DNA of 64,000 bases from positions 37,341 through 101,340 of the forward strand of contig JBBRNT010000002.1 of assembly GCA_038230095.1 (NCBI GenBank), given 5' to 3'. This stretch comes from Candidatus Saccharimonadia bacterium. Its GTDB lineage: Bacteria > Patescibacteriota > Saccharimonadia > UBA4664 > JBBRNT01. The notes beneath the pieces were generated by a model. That model was not told where the DNA came from. It saw only the letters and a program-made list of their open reading frames with translations, and did no database searches. Each line of letters starts with the position of its first letter. Positions within the stretch are counted from its first letter, which is position 1. The position numbers were made by a program, and so were the translations under genes. Of the stretch, positions 57,142-64,000 are shown in pieces.

Positions 57142-57825
57142 ATGAGCACCCCCGCTAGTCCCATTATCCCAAATGTTGCTGGGCTACCCAATGTCCCCCG
57201 GCAAAGACGGTCAAACCCGACGGTAATTATAGCGGTGCTAGGTGCCGCTGCTTTTCTGTTCCTGGCGCTATGGATTGTAGCATTACTACAGGCCTCATCG
57301 GGGGCAAATGACGCCAAGATAGCACACCAGCAGGGCGTGTCCGAAGGCCAGGCGACCCAAGCTAAGACGGATGAGGACAAGCTTAATACCTTGGTGAACT
57401 CGCCGTATAAGTCTTACGTGGCGCCGGCGGTTTATGGTGGTCTTGAGGTGAAGTACCCCAAGACCTGGAACGCGCTGGTGACGGAGAATACCACTGGAGC
57501 TACGCTGTCACTCATCCTGCACCCAGACATTCTTACGGCCGCTAACAATACCAAGGCAGCAACCCGGATTCTGGTAACTCAGAACCTCATTGATACCGTG
57601 CTCAAGGCCTACCAGGACAAAGTGAAGAAGGGCACGCTCAAGAGCCAGACTGTCATAGTATCTGGCATATCCGCAACGCGGCTGGAGGGCTCGTTCGATG
57701 GTAAAACCCAAGCAGCTATTACCTATATACCGGTACGCGACAAGGTGATCGCCATCTATTGCGATGACGTCCAGTACATTAGTGCCTACAACGACATTGT
57801 GGCGCAGTTTAAAGTGAACCCGTAA
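57142..57825 (+). CDS. Single-pass membrane hypothetical protein (PsbP-like ectodomain)
   Basis: TM helix, YPKTW motif; promoter TTGCCC-17-TATGAT, leaderless. Confidence 0.75.
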   Translation: MSTPASPIIPNVAGLPNVPRQRRSNPTVIIAVLGAAAFLFLALWIVALLQASSGANDAKIAHQQGVSEGQATQAKTDEDKLNTLVNSPYKSYVAPAVYGGLEVKYPKTWNALVTENTTGATLSLILHPDILTAANNTKAATRILVTQNLIDTVLKAYQDKVKKGTLKSQTVIVSGISATRLEGSFDGKTQAAITYIPVRDKVIAIYCDDVQYISAYNDIVAQFKVNP

Positions 57826-57829
57826 CACA

Positions 57830-58651
57830 GTGCTGGGGGTTATGCGCCGTCACTGGTTTGCGTTGCTCTCGTTCTTAGTTGTACTCGCTCTAGCAGCCGG
57901 GGGGTACTATCTGATGCATACCTGGATATGGCCCTACAGCACCCGCTATAACGCCAATGCGAAGCTGTCTACCACGCCGAACGGCACTACGGATACCAGT
58001 ACACCCGGACAGTCGGTGCCGGCCTCGAGCCAGGTAGCGCGGAGTGTGCTGCTGGTGCCACTGACTGCCACCGCCACTGTGAGCGCAGACTTTGCCGCAC
58101 CAGTAAGCTTTCGGGTAGACATTGTTGATGGTAATGGGCAAGTAGTGCAAGGTGCGGCCGAGACTGTGACGCTCTCAAGCTCCTCGGGTAGTGGCCAGTT
58201 TGACAGTGGTGTAGCGGCGCTCCTTCCAGACGGCCTCCAGAGCCGGATTATTAAGTACAAGGATACGGTGGCTACGAAGTCGACTATCGGTGCATTTGTT
58301 TCTGGGCTGACTGGCTCAAGTCTGGTGGTAGTTACGGTGGCCGGCCCACCAAGCCGACTTAGCGAGATTGCCCCCGCGGTCGGACACCCGAGAAGCGGCG
58401 TACAGATCAGCTATGGCGTAGTGGCGGAAGACGCATTGGGCAATGTCGTGAACAGCGGCGATGTGACGTGGAAAGTAGCGGGCCAGAATGGTTCTAGTAC
58501 GACCAGTATTACGGTAAATGCCAGCGTGGACCCCACCGGCCATAGCTACATGAAGTATACGGCCGAGCAGAGCGATGTGGGTGGTACGTACGTGGTAGAA
58601 GCTAGACTCGGTAGCGACGTCAGGCACCTGACGATTAACCCAACCAACTAA
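57830..58651 (+). CDS. Exported protein with Ig-like beta domains
   Basis: N-terminal TM; D.NG..V..., EDALGN..., beta-rich Ser/Thr/Val. Confidence 0.7.
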   Translation: MLGVMRRHWFALLSFLVVLALAAGGYYLMHTWIWPYSTRYNANAKLSTTPNGTTDTSTPGQSVPASSQVARSVLLVPLTATATVSADFAAPVSFRVDIVDGNGQVVQGAAETVTLSSSSGSGQFDSGVAALLPDGLQSRIIKYKDTVATKSTIGAFVSGLTGSSLVVVTVAGPPSRLSEIAPAVGHPRSGVQISYGVVAEDALGNVVNSGDVTWKVAGQNGSSTTSITVNASVDPTGHSYMKYTAEQSDVGGTYVVEARLGSDVRHLTINPTN

Positions 58652-58707
58652 TGCTTGAGACGCGCTTCGGCGGCGTGCTACGCTAGTGGTAATAAGTGAG
58701 GGCGGTA

Positions 58708-61068
58708 ATGCCAAATAGGCCAGCAAAACAGCTAGATGCCGCCGGGGCGGCGAACAATTCGCCCATCGCGATAGACTTCGCGCGCATTCAGGAGCTGCTT
58801 CCCACTGGTCTACTGGTATTTGATACTGAACTGGTTCTGACATACTTCAATGCCAAGACCCGTGAGCTACTAGGCTGTGTGGATGCGGACCAGGGGCTGG
58901 CTCTTGAAGAGGTAGCCAAACGGCTTGTGAACCGTAGCCCTGGCAGTATGGCGGCGTTTGTGGGGCAGATGCGGCTGGCAGTGGAGCAATCTAGAAAGGG
59001 TACCTCGACCAATACTGAGCTGGAGGTGGACACAGCAGGTGTGAGTCGGCACTTGCAGATGATAGTCATCCCTGACGGTGCCAAGGCCCCCTATGGAGCT
59101 CTAGTGAGCTTACGAGACGTTACTGAGCTGGTTATTAATCAACAGAAAATGGCAGTATTGTCGGCCAATATTGGTGAAGGGGTGGTGTTTCTAGACCCTC
59201 AGGGAATTGTGACTGATTGCAATGATGAGTGGCTTCAGCTCTTCGAGCTGGATGGGCCAATTGTGGGAGAGCCGGTGGCAGATGTTTTAGCTGCTGCCCA
59301 GCGCATAGAGTACGATCAGGATCAGGAGCACATTGCCGCAAATGTACTTGCTGGTAAACGGACCAATGTATACGCACACTTGAAACAAAGTAACCGCCAT
59401 ATGCAGATTGTGGTAACCCCGGTGCTGGTTGGCGGCGAGATCAGTCTCATCCTCGCTACCGCCCGTGACATTACGGCCCTGATTGAGAAAACTATTGAGG
59501 CCAATGACATGGCCCGGCGCGCTCAGCGGCACCTACGCGAACTCAGCGAGCTAGCTGAGTTATCATCTATTATCGGCTTTAACAATGACCAGACTTACCA
59601 GAAGTACATTAATAAGACCGCCTCACTCCTACAGTCGAGCGGTGTAGCAATCTATATCTACCGTCCGGGTAGCCAGCAGCTGGTGCGGGTGGGTGCCTCG
59701 GATGAGCACCTACTCCCGGAGCGGATTAGTTTGGTCGATGATAGCCCGGTTGCCAAGTGCTATGTGACGGCTAGGACAGTGGGGTGGTACATAGAGACAG
59801 GGAATGGTTCCGGCCACTACCTGGCGGTGCCTATTGCTGTGTCCTCAAAGACACTGGGCGTCATAGTGGTCGACGGCCGTACTCGTCCTTATGGCGAGCA
59901 CGACATACGCCTACTTAAGCTAGTAGCGACCCGGCTGGCGGTACTGGTGGAGAATATTAATCTCTACGAGGACGTAAATGCCCGGCGCGAGCGCTGGGAG
60001 GCGGTATTCCAGTTTACCGATGAGGGGATTGTCATTTTCGATCGGCACTCGCGGATTGTGGGCTTTAACCCCGCCTCGGTACGGATTACCCGCTATTCAC
60101 TGGCGGAGGCACTGGGGCAGCCATTTACTAAGGTGGTGCGACCAGTGTCAGAGGAGGGCGTGGACATGTCTATGGCCTCACCCATACGCAAAGTTCTGGG
60201 CGAGGGAGCAGCTATTACCGACGCCGAGCAGCTGCTAGCTACTAAGAACGGCGACCAGGTCTGGACCCAGATTAGCTACTCGCCGGTGTTTGACTCGAGC
60301 GGGCGGGTGACTAGCGGCATTGCCATTATCCATGACGTCCAGAAAGATCGAGAGATTGAGGAGATTAAAAGTGACTTTATCTCGATTGTATCGCACGAGC
60401 TGCGGACGCCACTGACGGCTATTAAAGGCTTCCTATCCATGATTATCCAAAAGGACTTTGGTGATCTGAATGAGAAGCAGTTCCACTTCCTGTCGCGTGT
60501 GTACCAGAGCAATCAACGGATGATAGATCTGGTAGAGGACATTCTTGATGTAAGCTCTATTGAGTCCGGTAAGATTAAGCTCAACCCCCAGCCGCTGGCT
60601 ATAGAGGGCCTAGTGAATGAGGTAGTGACCGAGCTGGCTAGCAAGGGCTTTGAGCGCCAGATCATGCTGAAGTTGGGCCGGCGCAAGAAGCTACCGTTGA
60701 TCCTAGCCGACGAAGTGCGCCTGCGCCAAGTCATGATCAATCTAGTGGACAATGCAATTAAGTACTCTCTGCCTAACACGGTAGTAAGCGTGGATCTTAA
60801 AGTAGTGGGGGAAGAGCTGGTCGTGAGCATAGCGGACCAAGGGGTGGGTATAAGCCCAGCCAACTTCGAGCGGCTGTTTACAAAGTTTGGCCGCGTCTAC
60901 AACCCGATGAGCCTGCAAGCTGGTGGTACCGGGCTGGGACTCTATATTGTGAAGAACCTGGTGGAGTCGCACGGTGGACGCATCTGGGTAACCAGCCGCG
61001 AGGGCAAGGGCTCGAAATTTAGCTTTAGCCTGCCACTGGCCCGCCAACTGCCGCTTCTCGGTAGCTAG
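58708..61068 (+). CDS. Cytoplasmic PAS/GAF sensor histidine kinase
   Basis: Three PAS-like segments, GAF, SHELRTPL, NLVDNAIKYS, DQGVGI, GTGLGL. Confidence 0.93.
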   Translation: MPNRPAKQLDAAGAANNSPIAIDFARIQELLPTGLLVFDTELVLTYFNAKTRELLGCVDADQGLALEEVAKRLVNRSPGSMAAFVGQMRLAVEQSRKGTSTNTELEVDTAGVSRHLQMIVIPDGAKAPYGALVSLRDVTELVINQQKMAVLSANIGEGVVFLDPQGIVTDCNDEWLQLFELDGPIVGEPVADVLAAAQRIEYDQDQEHIAANVLAGKRTNVYAHLKQSNRHMQIVVTPVLVGGEISLILATARDITALIEKTIEANDMARRAQRHLRELSELAELSSIIGFNNDQTYQKYINKTASLLQSSGVAIYIYRPGSQQLVRVGASDEHLLPERISLVDDSPVAKCYVTARTVGWYIETGNGSGHYLAVPIAVSSKTLGVIVVDGRTRPYGEHDIRLLKLVATRLAVLVENINLYEDVNARRERWEAVFQFTDEGIVIFDRHSRIVGFNPASVRITRYSLAEALGQPFTKVVRPVSEEGVDMSMASPIRKVLGEGAAITDAEQLLATKNGDQVWTQISYSPVFDSSGRVTSGIAIIHDVQKDREIEEIKSDFISIVSHELRTPLTAIKGFLSMIIQKDFGDLNEKQFHFLSRVYQSNQRMIDLVEDILDVSSIESGKIKLNPQPLAIEGLVNEVVTELASKGFERQIMLKLGRRKKLPLILADEVRLRQVMINLVDNAIKYSLPNTVVSVDLKVVGEELVVSIADQGVGISPANFERLFTKFGRVYNPMSLQAGGTGLGLYIVKNLVESHGGRIWVTSREGKGSKFSFSLPLARQLPLLGS

Positions 61069-61125
61069 ACTTGGCGGGAGTGGATGATTCTTGGTATACT
61101 AGGAGTCTAGTAAGTGGAGGCAGTT

Positions 61126-61503
61126 ATGGCGCAGATTATGCTCGTCGAAGACGACGCGGTGCTGGTGGAAATGTATGCGGCGAAGTTTGAATTGGAAGGC
61201 CATGAGACTATTGTGGCAACCGATGGCGAGATGTGCCTGAGGCTGCTAGAGACGGTGAAGCCGGACATTATCCTGCTGGATATTCTCATGCCTAAGATGA
61301 ACGGCTTCCACGTGCTTAAAGAGATTAAGAAGCGCACTGAGCTGCGCAATGTACCGGTGATCCTCCTGACCAACCTGGGCGAGGCCGAAGTAGACATGAA
61401 CCAAGAACTGGCACACGCCCTGGGAGTACACGACTACCTCATTAAGAGTCATCATACGCCGGATGAAGTGATCGCCAAGGTCAAGAAGGCCGTTGGTATC
61501 TAG
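61126..61503 (+). CDS. Single-domain response regulator
   Basis: VEDD, LLDILMP..NG, LTN, YLIK. Confidence 0.93.
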   Translation: MAQIMLVEDDAVLVEMYAAKFELEGHETIVATDGEMCLRLLETVKPDIILLDILMPKMNGFHVLKEIKKRTELRNVPVILLTNLGEAEVDMNQELAHALGVHDYLIKSHHTPDEVIAKVKKAVGI

Positions 61504-62042
61504 TGGCCAAGGCCATCCTCATTCACGGTAATGGGGGATCCACTTCCGGCGACATCTGGCTACCATACCTGGAGCGTGAGCTGTCGGATCTAGGAATTGA
61601 GACTATCAACCGGACGTTTCCAGATAATGAGAAAGCCTCAATGCGTATCTGGTTGCCATTTATTACCGAGCTGGGTGCGGGTGAGGATACTATTCTGATT
61701 GGGCACTCTTCTGGGGCAGAGGCAGCTATGCGCTACGCCGAGGGGCACCAGCTCCTGGGATCGGTGCTGGTGGGCGCCTGCTATACCGACCTGGGTGATA
61801 GTGGGGAAAAGGCTAGCGGCTACTACACCGCCGCGTGGCAATGGGACAAAATACGCCAGAATCAGCAGTGGATTGCGGTATTTGGCTCCACCGATGATCC
61901 CTATATTCCCGTGACAGAGCAACGCCTTGTAGCCAAGAGCCTGCACGCCAACTACTTTGAGTACACTGACCGTGGGCACTTTATGGGCAGCCGGGAGTTC
62001 CCAGAGATAGTGGCGTTTGTGAAGAAGAAGCTAGGGCTGTAG
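61503..62042 (+). CDS. RBBP9/YdeN family alpha/beta hydrolase
   Basis: IHGNGG, GHSSG, STDDPYIP, GHF. Confidence 0.9.
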   Translation: MAKAILIHGNGGSTSGDIWLPYLERELSDLGIETINRTFPDNEKASMRIWLPFITELGAGEDTILIGHSSGAEAAMRYAEGHQLLGSVLVGACYTDLGDSGEKASGYYTAAWQWDKIRQNQQWIAVFGSTDDPYIPVTEQRLVAKSLHANYFEYTDRGHFMGSREFPEIVAFVKKKLGL

Positions 62043-62108
62043 GGAGTTCAATAACTTGCGAAGACTTTAACTGGTCGGTACATTGACCATAAGTGGTACA
62101 ATACGCTT

Positions 62109-62828
62109 ATGTCAATGTACAAAACTCGCGGCATTGTGCTGCGCCGGTACAATCTGGGAGAAGCGGATCGCATTATCCACTTTCTCACGCCCGATAGGGG
62201 TAAGGTCCGGGCGGTGAGCCGTGGTATTCGTAAGATTGGTAGTCGGCAGGCTGGACACCTAGAGCTGTTTGCCGAGGCCGATCTCATGCTGGCCGAAGGG
62301 CGCAACCTAGACATTGTGACTTCAGCCCGGCTGGTGCGTTACGACGACGGCTTGGTGGCCGACTATGAGCGGCTGCGTCTGGCCTACCTAGCGGCAGAAA
62401 TGCTGGACAAGCTGACCGATGACTCTTCGGAAGCTGGTCCGGGGCTGTATGAGATTGCCAGCAACCTGTACCGGGAGCTGCCCACGACCACCAATATTAA
62501 TCTGCTAGAGCTTGAGTTTAAGCTCAAAATGGCTGATGATCTAGGGTATAGACCGGTCATGGCGGCCTGCACCAATTGTGGGGCTTCGGATGAGGGTAGG
62601 AGCTACCACTTTAGCCCAGCTCAGGGTGGGCTCGTCTGCCAGGCGCACGCCGGGGGTGATGCTCCTGCCATGAGCCATACACAGGTAAAGCTCTGGCGCA
62701 TCCTACTCGACCACAAGGGCGTACAAGTGCAGGATGCGGGCTTGGCAGGTGAGGGGATAGGTCTAGTAAACCAATTTTATGATTACGTGTTTGGCCGGCA
62801 ATTTGTTTCGGCGGCCATGCTCGGATAG
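62109..62828 (+). CDS. recO: DNA repair protein RecO
   Basis: GIVLR..NLGEADRI, RGIRK, C..CG Zn finger. Confidence 0.94.
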   Translation: MSMYKTRGIVLRRYNLGEADRIIHFLTPDRGKVRAVSRGIRKIGSRQAGHLELFAEADLMLAEGRNLDIVTSARLVRYDDGLVADYERLRLAYLAAEMLDKLTDDSSEAGPGLYEIASNLYRELPTTTNINLLELEFKLKMADDLGYRPVMAACTNCGASDEGRSYHFSPAQGGLVCQAHAGGDAPAMSHTQVKLWRILLDHKGVQVQDAGLAGEGIGLVNQFYDYVFGRQFVSAAMLG

Positions 62829-62834
62829 GAGTCA

Positions 62835-63143
62835 ATGAAGCCCGAGAAATCAGAACTAGAATTCCAGCTGGCGGACTACGAGCGAACGGGGCGTGACGCA
62901 CCAGACCGGATTATAGCGACCCCCGAGTCTTGTGAGGGCATGCTTATGACGGACGATGAGATTTTCGACTACTGCAAGGACAGCCTAGCCGTCATCCGCG
63001 TTATGGTAGAGCGCAACCCGGAGCGCGCAGTGCAACTACGAGCAGAGTTTTTGACCGATGCCAGTTTTTTGCTTAGAATAGCCAGAATCAAGCCCGAAGA
63101 GTACGAAATGTTAACCGTAGAATCAGGAGCTAGAGAAGCATGA
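62835..63143 (+). CDS. Hypothetical protein
   Basis: SD AGGAG; ATGA-coupled to glyQS. Confidence 0.65.
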   Translation: MKPEKSELEFQLADYERTGRDAPDRIIATPESCEGMLMTDDEIFDYCKDSLAVIRVMVERNPERAVQLRAEFLTDASFLLRIARIKPEEYEMLTVESGAREA

Positions 63144-64000
63144 GCGAGCAGAAGAAAACGGCCAGTATGGAAGAGCTCGTAGGCCTGTCAAAGCGCCGCG
63201 GTTTTGTGTTCCAAACTAGCGAAATCTACGGTGGGCTCTCGGGCTTCTGGGACTACGGGCCGTACGGCGCTGAGCTGGTCAAAAACATTAAGGATGCCTG
63301 GTGGAAGGCTTTTGTCTACCGCCATACCAACGTGGTGGGCCTGGACAGTGCAATTATTCAAAACCCACTACTATGGAAGACCAGCGGCCATGTGGATACT
63401 TTCGTGGACCCCATGATTGACTGTAAGAACTGTAAACATCGGTTCCGTGCTGACCATGTCGCGGACATTGACTCAGGTGACCTCGCCGTACTCGCCAAGG
63501 CGCTAGAGGGTAAGGCCTGCCCCAACTGTGGCAAAACGGGGACGTTTACCGAGCCGCGCCACTTTAATATGATGTTTAAGACGTATGTGGGACCGGCAGC
63601 TGACGACGCCAGCGTGGCCTATCTGCGCCCCGAGACGGCAGGCGGCATATTTGCCCAGTTTGATAATGTCCGCGAGACCACCCGGCAGCGTATACCATTC
63701 GGCATTGCTCAGATAGGCAAAGCCTTCCGCAACGAGATTACCCCGGGCGACTTCGTGTTCCGGGTACGCGAACTCGAACAGATGGAGCTGGAGTACTTTA
63801 TCCACCCCGACTCTGGTGACGAGCAGTATGCCTACTGGAAGAAGTTCTGTATGGAGTGGTTGCTTTCAATTGGCTTATCTAAGGAGAACCTGCAGTACCA
63901 CGACCATGCTGATGATGAGCGGGCGCACTATGCCGCAGCGTCAGTGGACATTCAATACAAATTCCCATTTGGCTCCAAGGAGCTGTATGGTATTGCCAAC
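63140..64000 (+). CDS. glyQS: Glycine--tRNA ligase, alpha2 (eukaryote/archaea-type), partial
   Basis: KRRGFVF..SEIYGG...WDYGPYG, YLRPETA, GKAFRNEITP; runs off window end. Confidence 0.96.
   Translation, partial: MSEQKKTASMEELVGLSKRRGFVFQTSEIYGGLSGFWDYGPYGAELVKNIKDAWWKAFVYRHTNVVGLDSAIIQNPLLWKTSGHVDTFVDPMIDCKNCKHRFRADHVADIDSGDLAVLAKALEGKACPNCGKTGTFTEPRHFNMMFKTYVGPAADDASVAYLRPETAGGIFAQFDNVRETTRQRIPFGIAQIGKAFRNEITPGDFVFRVRELEQMELEYFIHPDSGDEQYAYWKKFCMEWLLSIGLSKENLQYHDHADDERAHYAAASVDIQYKFPFGSKELYGIAN

Noticed and set aside
1-64000. Alternative genetic code (TGA=Gly, as in Gracilibacteria/Absconditabacteria)
   Set aside because: TGA terminates conserved genes at expected lengths (yggT, parA, mreC, ftsE, xseA) and conserved ORFs are intact under code 11

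Overview
This is a 64-kb chromosomal segment of a high-GC Patescibacteria (CPR) genome using standard code 11. It is most consistent with Saccharimonadia: class I LysRS, eukaryote-type GlyRS, type-2 IleRS, short EF-Ts, Trm11-like MTase next to rpmA, an LPxTG/DUF11 surface protein, and no pyrH/cdsA/dxr in the rpsB-proS cluster. Most of the window is housekeeping: ileS, rodA, rplU, parAB, lepB, LCP, htrA, rpmE2-prfA-prmC, rpsB-tsf-frr-uppS-rseP-proS, mreBCD-mrdA, greA, lysS, serS-hpf-secA, prfB, ftsEX plus cell-wall hydrolases, ctpA, pyrG, rpmA, xseAB, a two-component pair, recO and glyQS. No transposase, integrase, CRISPR array or rRNA was seen. Main points of interest: (1) a complete leader-peptide attenuator (leaderless 30-aa Val/Ile/Leu-rich ORF with 1:2, 2:3 and 3:4 helices) in front of an anticodon-defective tRNA-Pro-like RNA and three small unknown proteins; (2) an actinobacterial-type short-stem-I Ile T-box upstream of ileS with an apparently transcriptional platform; (3) class I LysRS fused to a B3/4 editing-type domain; (4) a ~420-nt multi-helix RNA leader in front of a GC-rich three-gene unknown operon; (5) a recurrent boxA-like motif before accessory operons; (6) a circularly permuted M23 peptidase; (7) a 47-aa ORF translationally coupled between ftsE and ftsX; (8) widespread leaderless genes. 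All calls were made by eye from sequence motifs; no database searches or folding programs were run.
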